Below, piece after piece: positions 1 to 13,290 of a stretch of DNA of 64,000 bases. The stretch lies in contig CM121342.1 in NCBI GenBank assembly GCA_051530055.1, positions 9,563,480-9,627,479 on the forward strand, given 5' to 3'. The notes below the pieces were generated by a model, which saw nothing but the letters and a program-made list of their open reading frames with translations, searched no databases and was not told the DNA's origin. This stretch comes from Neoechinorhynchus agilis (taxonomy: Eukaryota > Animalia > Acanthocephala). The stretch's first letter is position 1; the number at the start of each line of letters is the position of its first letter. A program made the position numbers and the translations under genes.

Positions 1-1028
1 TGAAGTTAAATTGCTTGATTATCATTTTTAATCATCAGATCACTCTTGATGGTGGGTTTCTTGAATGTAAGGAATTCGTAATACCCAAGTCTTTATTTTA
101 ATAATAAAGTCCTATGGGCGATCTTTTTACCCGGCATATTATATACAGCAACACCAGAGGATTGGCCATCGCCCGTCTCAAATTAAAACGAACAAACCTA
201 CGGAGAATTTGCAGTCGCAAAACGATCTTTTTCACAGCCATCCATATCCGATCCATTCATCGGGCAGCTCCTAAGGTCTCATACGCTCCACAGCTCGATT
301 AGATACAGCAGTTTAAAAGCACTTTCTTATTTATAGCCTTCTTTATATAAATTGATATGAGTTAATTTTTTGTCCGAAATGCCTGAACTAAGCCGTGAAC
401 TTCCCGGTATTCAAATTCTCTATTATCAAAGTATAAACCGTTTTTCCGTTTAATTCCCCATTATTTTCTTCTATTCGTGCATAATAAAAAATAATAACAC
501 TTTTTATTTGTTGATGCATAAAGAATAGGACCCAATGTTTATCTTATGGTTCGTTGATCGATTTCATTTGTGCTAAATCAGGTAGTCATTCCTGTATCGT
601 CGATGTTTTGATATGCTCTTTAAACTCTCATCTTTTCGATTGATCGGTGTGCGAACCAAAAGGCAGTTTAAAGGGATCCAAACAATGCATTGTTTACGGA
701 GATGATCGAATTGGTTAGGTAGATTTTAATTATTTAGAGTCAGTTAGAAGTCTATGAAACATCAAATAACGAAATTTAAGTACTGTGACCCTTTCATCGA
801 ATACGAGTTGTTTGTATTTTAAATGCATAAATGTATTAAATTTTTATTGGTTAAGGTAAGAATTTTCTTCTTGTATTTGCCACTGACTGGCTAGAATATA
901 AACTAATTTTTCAGCTTGTACTACAAGTAAAAAATGTTGGAGTATATCACGACGATCACCAAACATAACCAACATACTCATGGACCATTTCATTTACTCG
1001 TGAAAGATTAACGTTAACGTGACTAAAA

Positions 1029-1978
1029 ATGGGCCACTATTTTAGACAAAACTTATATAAGTTACCTGGATCGCATTTGTCGCAAAGCACATCGCGTTTT
1101 AACGGTCAAGCTAGACTGTAACATTATATCGCTTCTAAAACCTCTGATCAGAATCAATGGAATTGATAACAGTTTTAATATCGCTAAGTCCGTTTTAATT
1201 CCTAAAAACTGTCGACTTTATTTAAGTTTGTTTAGCGTACTTTAAGTGCCGATGTATACCACTGTATACCCCCGAGTATTTTGAATCTAGCGAAAACGGT
1301 AACAATGTATCCGGGTATTCATACCTCGAAGAAGAATTTCATACCAAAGAAATGGATATTAAAAGGGGCGAGATGAGTGATGGTTACGAATTTAAAACTA
1401 ATTTCAATTTAATCGGAGATCACTCGTTGTTGCATCAACAAACTTCACTTGGAGACTCCCAAAAAAATATATTCAATACATTACCAGTGCAATATTCTAA
1501 ACGGATTATTCCCGAGCGAGTTCTTGAAGATCAAACTAGTATTGCAAACCCAAAAAATATTCGTCAACCATTCGAAAGCTCTGTTCGGAAGGATCAGGAA
1601 CCATCTTTTGAAAGATTTGCTCGTATATTGAGAAACGTGAATTGCGTACCCGCAAAAGCAGAGTTCATTCATCAAAACAGTGACAAAATCGTTCAGATTT
1701 TTTCTAACAGTAGTGACATTGATGAATTTAATGAAGGGGATTTAATGATGATCGAATTGGACTCAGCCAAGATGGATCTAATTAATGATGTTTGTAAAAG
1801 CTATAAAAATCAAAGTAGGATCAACAAAAGATCATTCAGAAAAACCTTTTTGACGGAATGGTCGTACAAGATACAACTTATCGAAACTTCCCTATACTAT
1901 CGAACAATGTTGTTGATGATGTTTTGTGTAACTGTCCTTTTTGTAATTGTCTATATTCTGGGCCTAATGATGGCATAA
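1029..1978 (+). CDS. Orphan protein with C-terminal transmembrane helix; predicted exons 1029-1039 and 1240-1978 (249 aa)
   Basis: ORF 1352-1978 stays open upstream to about 1240. Removing the TA-bounded hairpin 1040-1239 joins it in frame to aaaaATGGGC at 1029 (MGHY|FKCRC...). Hydrophobic C-terminus MLLMMFCVTVLFVIVYILGLMMA. Further upstream exons are possible. Confidence 0.5.
1040..1239 (+). other. TA-bounded hairpin intervening sequence (200 nt)
   Basis: TA(1038-39)-ttt-tagacaaaacttatataa ... ttatttaagtttgttta-gcg-TA(1238-39); about 16 bp stem; removal is in frame. Confidence 0.6.
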
Positions 1979-2589
1979 AAATCGTTGACCAGTAGCCTGC
2001 GAGTTAGATGTATGAACAAACACTAAATTTAGAGAAACATCAGCAATCTAATTGAAATTAAAAAAATTTTAACAACTTAATTTTTTGTCCAACTGATGAA
2101 AATTGCGGTTTTAACTAAACTGATAATGAAATTTCTATTTCAACTAAAATGCTGGACATATTCAAAATAAATTGCAACGCTAAAATAGGAGATGCATGTA
2201 ATTTTTGTTCTATTTCTACATTGCAGCATAACAATCAAAATGAAAGCATTCACCTTAACACTATAGCATTTTATATTGATAAATATGATAAAAACGGTTT
2301 ATTAAAGCATCGATAGAAAGTCCTTCGGGATAATAAAATTACACTTTCGGTGAGAATAATCCCGGTCATTACATATTTTATTTATTCGAAATATTTCGCG
2401 AGGTATCCTCGCCTCTTCAGTCATCTAAAAATAGGTTTTCCATATTACGATTTTTGCTCGAGTGCATGGGATAGGGACCAATTACCCGATCGTGTTTCGT
2501 TTTTTGTTTTTCCATTGATTTTTTATATTGATTTTTATCACGTCGCTGGCTGGAAGTTTCAAGCTAAAATTAGCTTTATTTCCCTCCAT

Positions 2590-3073
2590 TGTGTTTGACG
2601 CAGCGATGTGTAAAGCCTACCAGGCGTCTTTTTAAGATTTTTTCTTTTTCCAGGAAGTAGGTGCCATTAAAATCAGCGCGATGCTTAAAAGTCTCTTGAT
2701 GATTTGAGATTGCCGAAGAATGCTCAAATCGAATGCAAGCTTGCTTATGTTGCGAGACCCTCTTCTTAATGCCCTGCATCGTTTGTCCGATGTAGACTTG
2801 TTCACAGTGCATTCTGTATATTTCATGCATCGGCTCAGTTTTACTCTTCCCCTTGAATGTGCATCTGAGGGCGATTCCTTTATTGTTATAGAGACGAGTT
2901 CCAGCCTTCTTACTCATAATGGAGTAGATCATCTGATTTGTTTCATCATCAATAAAGTTCACTTTTTCGAAGCATACAGGCTCTGCAGAAGATTTTTGGT
3001 TGTGGTTGTTGTGTGGATGGTAATTCCCGCTTTTGATTCCACGGTCTATAATCCATTTCGGATATCCTCTCAT
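2590..3073 (-). mobile_element. Penelope-like element fragment (GIY-YIG endonuclease end)
   Basis: RGYPKWII and IYRMHCEQVYIGQT...RVSQHK, the typical PLE RT-thumb/GIY-YIG signature. Confidence 0.75.
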
Positions 3074-3720
3074 TTTTAGCTCCTGGACTATCCTCTCCCT
3101 TTCTATACTTCACGCCAATCGAGTGGATGAGATAAGAGAGGCTCTTCGGAAGTATGAAGAGACCGCCGAGATTTTATGCCTTATCGGTTGGTGGCTTGAC
3201 CAGTGTGGTGGTCCCCATGGTAGGTTCGCCTTAGAACGCTTGACAAGGACGTCCAGGAACGAGACCTCACCGTCGATGCCCTCTTACGCCTTTTGCGAGG
3301 GATAGACTGATAAAAAAGGTAGAATGGCAGTGAATGTATTGTTTGCGATTGTGAAGATAAGATTCGAGCCAGCGGATCTGCCACAAGTGGAAACCAAAAT
3401 CGGAGCAGGCCCGGAGAAGGAGTGAATTGTCCACGGAGTCGAATGCTTTCGATAAATCAAGTTGAATGAGACGGGTGACGAGCAAAGGATTATTGTCGAG
3501 GTTACGTAGGAGCGTGTCATAAATGCAAAGTAGGGCCTCGATTGCAGAAAAACTGGGTCGGACGCCGTGAAAGAAGGTGAGATTAAAAACATTTTTCTAT
3601 GATTTTTGAAAGAGCGGATAGAATAGAAATTGGACGAAATGATTAGGTGGAAATAGTATGTCTGTTTTTGGAATAAGGATAAGTTTAGCAGTTTTCAGGC
3701 ATGAGAAGTTTTCAGGCGTT
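3074..3720 (-). mobile_element. L2/CR1-like LINE RT fragment
   Basis: LDLSKAFDSVD RT motif; near-identical to the 23740-24020 copy and similar to 59300-59700. Confidence 0.8.
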
Positions 3721-4429
3721 AAAAAAGCAAATATCATCTCACCCAACGGATTCATTGATTGTTCATTGAGCTCATATTTTTAAACCGTATCATGCAATCA
3801 ATGAATCCGTTTTTCGTGTAAGCTAAAAAGCTTAAGTGGAAATCTTGGAATCGAGTTCCAAGAAAATCAATTCGTTTTTTTGTTCTCGTCAGAAATTGGG
3901 CTTTTAATGTAAATTGTAATCTTTCTCATGTATCTATTTAATCTTTCAAATTTTTTATGAGAAGCTCATAAGAGTTCAAAAACCATAATCCGTTCATTAA
4001 GGGTTATGCAAAAGAGATCAATAAAAATAATTGTTTGAAAATTGCAGCGATGTCAAATATGGACAATTTTGAAAGGAAGCATCACGATCTTTTTTCAAAT
4101 TCCTATAAATAACATATGAATTTTATAGCTTCTAATAACGCATCGAGTTGTAATCAACGATTTGACGAAAGCTTTATCTACGTTAACTTTATAATTTCCT
4201 TTTTTATGCCGTTAAATGATACAATTTTAGTATAGAATACATTTACAGTGCTATACCTGCGAAAAGTGCAAAGATTGTGCTACTTGGGGACTTTTTATGA
4301 ATAGAATAGCAACTAATAAGCTGAGAATTAAAGTTGCTAGGGATAAAAGTTTATTTATAAATTTGATAAAGTGCCCTTTTGGCTTATGGAAGATAAAGGG
4401 TTGTATCAGAGATTGGTTATTCCACATGC

Positions 4430-4690
4430 ATTTTGATGTTGTCGACTTCAAAGAAGAATCAATCACTGTTGAGTTCCGAAGTAGAGACGTATGGAGCGCT
4501 TGGCAGCTCGGCACTCACTCTGCTCCAGGATCTCTCGAAGAAATTGAGAGAAACGACCGGCGACGCACGAGCAGGTGTATTCCTGCGACAAAATATCTCG
4601 CTTGCAGTACAACGAGGCAATATTGCTAGCGTGATAGCGACAGCCGAGGAACGAGCGAAGCTCCAATTTTGCGGACTGTGGTGATTGCGC
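4430..4690 (+). mobile_element. 3' fragment of CRE-clade (RLE) non-LTR retrotransposon
   Basis: VETYGALG...TGDARAGVFLRQNISLAVQRGNIASV, the restriction-like endonuclease tail. Confidence 0.75.
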
Positions 4691-4944
4691 GTTTTGTACT
4701 TTAACAAGTAAAATTTAATGGTTTTAATTTTTTTAATGCATCAAGTATTCTTTTTAGAAATATCGCTATGTAATGAATCTGTGGTAAATAAAATTATTGT
4801 ATTTGTCTGCACGTTTTAATAGAAATTTCTCGCAATTTGATTAAATTCTTACAAGAAATCTCTATTCGTGTTTCCGGCGCATTTTAATTTCGATAACTGA
4901 AAAATTAGCCAATAATGTATATTTTGTAAGGTATCCACAGCTTC

Positions 4945-5205
4945 TTCGTCTATCACTCTGGATCACTCAGCTGCCGTCCTAATGTAACGGTCGAAATGGC
5001 AAATGCAGCGTCCCCCTCGTTGCACAGCCAGGCATTTGTTTTTTTAGTAAGAATGCCTTCGGATCATCATCGATTCGTCTTTATATTTTGGACAATTGTT
5101 TTACGAGGTACTACGGCACGGTCTTAAAAAGACCCGAGTGTCCCGACCCCAAAGGGAACGAAATAATGATTTCGCCCCAGGTCCCTATATTTGGTCTTTT
5201 TTGCA
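4945..5205 (+). repeat. Dispersed repeat, second copy at about 45810-45995 (possible SINE)
   Basis: Shared blocks ctctggatcactcagct.ccgtcct..tgtaa.ggtcgaaa and ccaaaggga....aataatgatttcg.ccca.gt. Confidence 0.55.
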
Positions 5206-5303
5206 AGAAAACGCGGAAATTCCATTCATTCGTAACGATCTTAAAATTGGATTTAACTTCTTTTTATGATATTTGTTTCACGTTTTTCTCTGCATTTTAG
5301 AAG

Positions 5304-6484
5304 ATGAGACTTAAAGCTCGATTCAAAGATGTCTATCAGATGCAGCGAGTTCTTGCACTGATTTTAAAAACCAGCAAGCATGGTATAATCCGATTTTCAA
5401 ACACCAAAGTCAGTCTCATGGCACGAGAGCATTTATGCTGTTCGAGCAGTTGCAGTCGAATTTGGTGTGAGATCGATCGAGACTGCATTTTCGATCAATA
5501 CTCATTAGATGGCAACCTCTGTGGCCCAAGTGATCTTCAATCAAATTGCAGTTGTGATATCGTAATTGAAGTGAATCTCGAAGATTTTCTCAAAGCGCTT
5601 AGATCAGGTAATCAAAATAGTTCGGTTTGCTACTTAAAATTGACAAAAAGAGAGAACATTTGCCTAAGCGTTCAATTGACTGTTCCGCTTGACTGCGATA
5701 CGCGAATGAGAGTTACTGAAAATGCCAGCACGGATGATATTCCTCATACTCAACTAACTCATAACATCGCAGTAAAGCTCATTGACCGACGATTTTGGGA
5801 TCAATTAGGCGAGCCACAAGTTCTAAGGTACGATGCGAGTGTAAGCCTTAATCCGCAACTTAAAAGAACACTCAGAAATCTAACGTTGATGCTTCATTCG
5901 AACATACAGCAAAGTTGTTTCAAAAGGTTATTAAAAAATAAATTTGCAAAATCATCATAATTTTTAGGCCCCATAAATTGGTAAGTAAGATTTGGGTTTA
6001 GATTCGCGTTATGTACTCCTTTATTCGAGATAAATTGGATCCTTTAAAGAATTCTACCAAAAACGAAATAATGATCAAATAAAATTCAAATGGCGTTTTT
6101 TGAATTCTTACTAGATCAAATGAAGTGTCACCAGTACTCGATAGACTAAAATTGATTTCTCCGACGGTTAAAATCGGTCTTCATGGCTCATCGCTTTTGA
6201 TCTCTGTAAAAACCGATTCAGTCAGTATCGAAGGAGCTCTTAAAAATGTCCAAGTGCTAGAAAGAGTTGCAAATGCAACATTAGATACCTCCGAAGTATT
6301 CGATAATTTGAGCTGCCCAAGTCCACGCTGCAGTGTGAACGTCGACTGTAAAGAAATTGCCAACTTTTTGCAAGCGTCAGGTAACATGGGAGGAAATCTG
6401 ATCTGCAATATAAGGACTGGAGAGCAAATCAGTTTATTTTTGATTAGCCACCACCTGAAAATTCAGTTTACGATTCCGTGTTAG
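5304..6484 (+). CDS. HUS1: Checkpoint clamp subunit HUS1; exons 5304-5882 and 6137-6484
   Basis: MRLKARF..., IWCEI...IFDQY, LKLTK...CLSV, THNIAVKLI...W..L.EP, then LRNL|LDRLKLIS after splicing, and C-terminal IQFTIP. Confidence 0.85.
5883..6136 (+). other. TA-bounded hairpin intervening sequence (254 nt)
   Basis: TA-acgt-tgatgcttcatt ... aatgaagtgtca-ccag-TA; removal is in frame. Confidence 0.7.
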
Positions 6485-7046
6485 TTTAAAATTTACATAA
6501 ATCGTTTCTGTTTCGTACTTTAAACATGGGGATTTGACTCCAATGAAGATCGTGGTTCTTTTCCTTCTTTTTGTTCGTGAAGCTATTAAAGTTCAATCTC
6601 AAATCAGCGCATAAACAATCCGCGAACGCATAAATTTTATAATTTTTTCTTAATCAATATTGTAAATGATTATTATCCAAGATTTTTCTTAACAAAAGAT
6701 AAAATATCAGGAACATCACGAGTTTAGATCGTAGAAATTTAAGATTCTCAAAGTTTTGTGTCGATAATATATAAAACTAAATTCAACTATCCCAAGTTTT
6801 GTATTTACTCTCAAATCTTAGCTCAACAGATCACATTCACCAAAGTAACTCACTGATGAATTGTAACAAACTCGATTTAGAGGTAGAGTTTATTTTTGTT
6901 TGGTAATAATCGGTCAGTGCCCGTACACGAAACACAGTGAAGTCGTTCTTTTGACCGCACTGTACTGCGAACGCGTGTAAGGCACTTGTTCTGAAACAAT
7001 GCGCAAGTGGGCGGCATCCACTTCCCCAGAGCCGTCCTTCGTTGGC

Positions 7047-8897
7047 CTATTTAGCTTCCTTGTTGCCGCACAAGCGCTCATTTGATCGATCGTCAGATGA
7101 GTCACAATGTTCACTCGAATGGATCGATGTTAAATCGAGCGCAAGGTCCGATCGGACAAACGTTAAATCTGCCGTGAAATCCGTCCTTTCATAAGTATCG
7201 TCAATAGGGAAAATATCCATAGAGTATTCTGTTTCATTGCTGCTGTAATCGGGTTCTTTTACTTGAACTTGATTTCTATCCTGATCTGAGATTGCGTCGT
7301 CCTCAACACTGCTGACTGAAGAAATGCGTTCATGTTGACTATCATTCAACTTATTGGCCGTCAATGAACAATGATGGTTGTCAGTTGATGCAACGCTAAA
7401 CGTGTCTTGCGATTGAGTAGCTGGAGTTACTTGAACAGGAGTCTTATTATTAACTACAGGATAAATTCCAAGTTCTTTCATTCTGTTGAAATTCGCTTTC
7501 CGGGCGTCAAATCGCTTCATGATCGATAAAGCGTCCGTAGCCTGTCGTCCCAGACGATCGGCGCTGTTGTCACGAATCAAAATTCGAGCAGTTTGAAGAT
7601 TTGTGCGTCTAACGAATCCTCCTTGCTCAATCCATGGATGATTTAGAACATCAGAAGCCGTGTATCGCTTTTTCGAATCTCTCACAAGTAATTTTGAAAT
7701 CAGATCTTTGGCTGCAAATGAAATGTTTCTCCATTCTGCGTCGGGAAATTCGTATGCACCGCTCTGAATAACGGCAAATACCATATTTCGGCAGGTTTCA
7801 CACGCCATACCTTCCTGCCAGCCACAATTTTGAGAGTTGCACCGAGCTCGGAAGGGAGTGTATCCGCACAGCATCGTATATATGAGAACCCCGAAACTCC
7901 ACATATCACATTGCTTGTCGTAAAAAAGAGGCGAGAGAGGTGCTTCCCTCTGTTCTGAATCCATGCCATCTTGTGCTTGAACTGGAGCTGATTGTGATAT
8001 TGCTTTTTCTTCATAAAGCCAAAGATTAACGACTTCGGGTGCCATAAAGTCGGTTGTTCCAACTGGAGTTGAAAGAGGAGGCACACTGCCGACTGTCATG
8101 CCCGGTAAAGTACTACCAGAGCCAGCGAGATCGAAGTCGCAAATCTTGACCGGAAATAACTCATTGGCATTAACACATAAAATATTTTCGGGTTTAACGT
8201 CGCGGTGTGCAAGTCCTCTATGGTGGATGTAATCCAGAGCTAAAGCGACTTGTTTGGCGACGCGGCTAGCTTCTCTTTCAGTGAGTCTACCTCTTGATTC
8301 AATTTGCTTCAAGAGATGTCCACCTTTCATTAGTTCGAACACCAGATAGTAGTAATTTTCATCTTCGTAGAATTCATGTAAATCAATGATCTGCTTGCAG
8401 GGACGACAAACAAAGTAGTCGTCACATTCCTTCCTAACGCGGGATCGTTCAACGTAGTCCTTGTTTATCATCTTTACAGCGTATTCCGCCTTACTGCGTT
8501 TGTGAACGCATCGGCACACTAGTCCACTCGAACCTCTGCCAAGAACTTCATCGGTGAGTTGGTAAACATCGTAGAAGTCAGGCATGTAGGACCGGTGTCT
8601 TTGTTTTGAACTACGCAGCCATCTACAATTGCTGCCCGGTGGTTGCAGTGGTGGTGATTGTGGTGATGGTGGTGAAGGAGGAGAATTGTTGTGGACCAAG
8701 TTGATAAAAACTCCAAGATTATTAGTGTTGTTATTGTTTTTGGTCGTCAATTTATCCTGCTGCTGCTGCTGTTGAGGAGTACCGTCGCCTGCTCCCGTGT
8801 TCCGTCTCCGTTTGTTCAAATTCATTGAATGAACTGTTGAATTGATAAATGAAGAATTGCTGTTGTTTTGTAGAACTTTTGTACACTTCAAATTCAA
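7047..8897 (-). CDS. MKNK: MAP kinase-interacting kinase (MNK/Lk6); intronless kinase ORF, true start possibly ATG at 8825 or an upstream exon
   Basis: LGRGSSG, YAVKMI, HRDVKPENILC, the MNK-specific DFD motif (KICDFDL), TPVGTTDFMAPEVV, YDKQCDMWSFGV. Confidence 0.9.
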   Translation of the reverse strand: MNLKCTKVLQNNSNSSFINSTVHSMNLNKRRRNTGAGDGTPQQQQQQDKLTTKNNNNTNNLGVFINLVHNNSPPSPPSPQSPPLQPPGSNCRWLRSSKQRHRSYMPDFYDVYQLTDEVLGRGSSGLVCRCVHKRSKAEYAVKMINKDYVERSRVRKECDDYFVCRPCKQIIDLHEFYEDENYYYLVFELMKGGHLLKQIESRGRLTEREASRVAKQVALALDYIHHRGLAHRDVKPENILCVNANELFPVKICDFDLAGSGSTLPGMTVGSVPPLSTPVGTTDFMAPEVVNLWLYEEKAISQSAPVQAQDGMDSEQREAPLSPLFYDKQCDMWSFGVLIYTMLCGYTPFRARCNSQNCGWQEGMACETCRNMVFAVIQSGAYEFPDAEWRNISFAAKDLISKLLVRDSKKRYTASDVLNHPWIEQGGFVRRTNLQTARILIRDNSADRLGRQATDALSIMKRFDARKANFNRMKELGIYPVVNNKTPVQVTPATQSQDTFSVASTDNHHCSLTANKLNDSQHERISSVSSVEDDAISDQDRNQVQVKEPDYSSNETEYSMDIFPIDDTYERTDFTADLTFVRSDLALDLTSIHSSEHCDSSDDRSNERLCGNKEAK

Positions 8898-11800
8898 AGG
8901 AAATACCTAAGCAAATGGGTAATGTTCTTAGCCGTAGTCGGAGGAACGAACTATGCGATCAATGAGACTACTCCTTTCAAACCCAATTTAGATTTAAAAA
9001 AGAAACTTAAAACCTCGGCCGCATGAGCTTTTAGGCTCCAAGACTACCTTGTCGGGATTTAACATTACAAAGGTCGGGGTCTGAGGTTGTTTTTGGTTGT
9101 GGCGGAGTACAACGAATGGAAAGAAACCCTTACACACGCAACCTAAAGAATGCAATAGACTAAAGTTTTGTGTCAATGACTAAAGAAGTTGTCAGAGAAA
9201 AGCACGGAGTAAAAGGACTTGTCAGCCCGAAAGGACCTGGTCTTTATTCTAGGATAAAGAGTTTTATGTGAAGAAAAAGCGTACGTCTAATCCTTGTTTG
9301 AACGCAATGACCTTCAAGGAGAAAAGGTTAACTCAAGTACCTCAATGGCATTTTCTCTTTTTCCCTTGCTTTATATATGGCCCGTGACACATTCGGATAA
9401 TATTCGGTACGAGGTGGATATGCAGCTCACAAGTGTCAGCTGGCTACGATGGCGTATCTCTCTCTTTTCTCCACTTGGAATAATCACAGGAAGATACACT
9501 TCTCTCACGCGCACACATTATGTTCTCCGTATGAGAATGCAAAGAACGGAAGGATAAAGAAATATGGGAAAATTATCCACGTTCACACACACAAAAAAAC
9601 CGGAAAGGGCGGGAATCAACCAAAAGTTCAGTTCAAAGACGTGACTTTGCAGGAGAAAACGTGGGAAGTGCCAAAAAACAAGTTGTGTTTTTTTAAGAAC
9701 GATGAAAGGGGAATCAAAGTATTTTTGATCCACAAAGTAATTAAAACGGTTTCCTTGATCATTAATCGTAAACTAATGGCTCACTAGAGAAATGGTCATA
9801 ATAATCGATGGTTTCGGCGTTAGGTGTAAAGAGGTAGACACCATAATGTCTGATAAACAATTAGTTTCCAGTCTTTCCTAATTCTTCAAAAAAATTAGAT
9901 TTTGTGGTTTAAAATAAAGTATTTTAGATCAGAAAATCAATTGCAGCATTTTATTGTTATTTAGGTCGCTTATAAACACCCGAGAAAGTTCATTAAAGAA
10001 ATCATTTTATCAATTGCTTGTAAATTTTTTCTCGGATCGACCTAAACAACAATATATCCCTAACCACTCAACCAAATGTAATCCTCAATGAAACTAATAA
10101 AAATCATATTTGCTAAACAAAGATTTGTTAGTGGAAATGGCGGAGATAGAATTCGGTGGTGTTAGATGAAACTCGTAATGTTATGCATTTTGAAATGCAT
10201 TCGCCAAGTCGTAAGATAGTGTCTCGACCTGACAGGTAATCTAGCAGTGGAATATGATACAGAGTTCAATTTTCAAAAGACAACCTGGATCTAATGGTGG
10301 AAGTAGAATGGTAAGCGTTGAAGCTGGCGATGAAGGCACTATAAAATTAAAAAAGCAATCATTCATAAGCGTTTCTGAACTTGTGGTATATTAAAATAAA
10401 ATTAGTACAAATTTAACGCTCACATAACGAAATCAACCTTTGATCTGAAATTTTGTATTTGTTAACAGGAACGAACATTAGGAGACAGTTTTTATCCAAT
10501 CAAAAAGACGTTGAACTCTACGTTTGAATAATATATATCAGTCACAATTCTCAGACAAGAGAGATGAAAAAAGTAAGGTACGCTTTTGAGCATGAATGTG
10601 ACAAAGGTATCGCTAAGAAAAGATGATTCACAATTTCCTAAAAAATAAGCTATCTCGTTACCTTTCTTTAAACAAAACATTTAACACATACTGCACTAAA
10701 TTAAATCCAGCAATCAAATGTACCCATTTTCATTTAAAAAACTTTATAAAGGACAAAAAATTTAAAACGCGAATAATTTAAAACTTTATGCAATTCTATA
10801 AGAAAATCGTGAGAAATAATTTTTTTCTAAACTACTAAAGCAGTAATCTTCGATTTTTGTACAAAAAAGTAGAATTTGAATTTTGCGACTGCAACTCAAA
10901 GTTTGGTATATTATTTAATTGTTGCTGCAAATAAATTTTTAATATCGAAAGCCACTTTAAGCATTAAACTCGGCCCAATGTCAAAACGAAAATAATTCAG
11001 GTAAATAAATTCGAAAAAAAAATTGTACCACTTTTACATTACTCAAAATGTAATCTTCTGTTTTTATGCCGAAAAGCGAAATTTAAGTTTGGAAAAAATC
11101 AAAAAGACGTATATTTAAATTAAAGATAAATCGATTAATACTTTTTATTCTCCTTTGAGTCCGAAAAATACAATTTGAGATAGATGACTGCAACTAAAAG
11201 TTATTTAAAAATAAAAAGAAAATCAAGAAGCGTTATTTCAAATAAAGATTCATTGCCCCGAGATAGTTTATACTTACATTGCGAATGTTATCGTCAATAA
11301 TTTGACATTTATATTCACATTAGGGAACAAGGCGACGGTGAACAAAAATATTTATTGGCCAAGATAAGTTGCAACAACGTTGCCACCTAACAAGCAGACG
11401 ATCAATATCTTTAAGTTCTCACAATTTTACGAGAAAGGATATAAAAAACATTCACATAAATTCACTTACCGAAAAAGAAACAATATCTTTGAATTAGTAT
11501 GAAAGTGGTCCGAAATAACGTTTCATACGACGATGCACTTGAGCCTAACGACAGTAAAAACAACAACCATAGTTTGAAACGTATATAGTTGAGTAGTCGG
11601 CAAAAAAGTCCCACGATGTGGCTAAATGTTGATCGTCTTTGAGTTGGTCTAGGCGTCCTATTGGCTGTTTTTTTTACAATCCAAAAGTGTACTGATATTA
11701 TTTGCTACAAATGCATATAATGTCTCTGATAGAAGAGGTGATGTTTTATGAACAAAAGACTGTAGACAGAATGGAGGGAAGCATTTATATAGACGCTCGG

Positions 11801-12179
11801 TGAACTCTTATGCGACACGTTCACATGCAAATATTATTGAACGAAAAATTAGCATTTGGAGCGTATTCTGGTGATGCAGAGCAAGAATAACGCTACACAA
11901 CGACTTTTTGAAAAAGAATCCGTCTTATGAACAAAATTCTCCAAGGAAAAAAGATCAGGTCGTTCCATATTAATTTAAAATAAAATAACAACGTTCCTAT
12001 TGTAGTCTTATCGAAACGAAATTACCTGCCGACAATTGAGTTAGAAAATCTCGTTATTCCGCTAGGAAGATCGATGCGAGGACCAAGAGGTCGTGTTGGC
12101 ATCAGGAGATCTGTCTCTTAGCTACAATTGTATGGATTTTGTAAAGCGTATTTTTTCTTTTATTTACGCTTTTTAATGG

Positions 12180-13290
12180 CGTCAAAATTAAGGGAATTTA
12201 TTAAATCTGATATTTCAACGGCACAATCTGATCTACCATAAAATATTGGAAAAACTTTAAAAGTAAGTTTATGACTCATTCACAATAATTCATTCTTATT
12301 AATTTTGTATCTAAAAAAAATCAATAATACACATGGAAAATTCCATTAACAACAAATAGCGAAAATGATTTGCTTTTTCCTAAACCTGCAAATTATAAAA
12401 GTGCATTTCACCTAAAAAATCACAACTATGATTTGCTCATCGAAAATTGTGAGAAAACTTCACTTAAAAGAATCTCGATAAAATATTGGAAACACTTTAA
12501 AAGTAATGCTCGTTCACAATAATTCATTCTTATTGATTTTGTATCTAAAAAAATCAATCATACACATGGAAAATTTTCTTAACAATAAATTAGCGTAAAT
12601 GATTTGCTTTTTCGTAAACTTGCAAATTGGGAAAAAAGGTGTATTTCACCTCCAAAATCATGATTGCGATTTGCTCACGAAAATTGTGCTAAAACTTCAC
12701 TTAAAAGAATTTCGATAAAATATTGGAAAAACTTCAAAAGTTTATAGCCCGTTCACAATAATTCATTCTTATTGATTTTGCATCTAAAAAAATCAATCAT
12801 ACACATGGAAAATTTTCTTAGCAATAAATTAGCGCAAATGATTTGCTTTTTCGCAAACTTTCAAATTGGGAAAAAAGGTGTATTTCACCTCCAAAATCAT
12901 GATTGCGATTTGCTCATCGAAAATTGTGCTAAAACTTCACTTAAAAGAATTTCGATAAAATATTGGAAAAACTTCAAAAGTTTATAGCCCGTTCACAATA
13001 ATTCATTCTTATTTCGCCTCCAAAATCATGTTGCGATTTGCTTACGAAAATGTGCTAAACTCTTAAAAGAATTTCGATAAAATATTGGAAAAACTTCAAA
13101 AGTTTATAGCCCGTTCACAATAATTCATTCTTGTTGATTTTGTATCTAAAAAATCAATAGTACACATGGAAAATTCCCTTAACAATAAATTAGCGCAAAT
13201 GATTTGCTTTTTCGCAAACTTTCAAATTGAAAAAAAATGTGTATTTCGCCTCCAAAATCATGATTGCGATTTGCTTACGAAAAAATAGTG
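12180..13290. repeat. Degenerate tandem repeat, about 235-240 bp unit, 4-5 copies
   Basis: ttcacaataattcattctt recurs near 12280, 12514, 12752, 12992 and 13114. Confidence 0.85.

Noticed and set aside
5968-5980. 13-nt micro-exon with strong sites (tttttag|GCCCCATAAATTG|gtaagt) inside the HUS1 insert
   Set aside because: Every GT-AG combination I tried gives a stop or the wrong frame; at most a poison exon.
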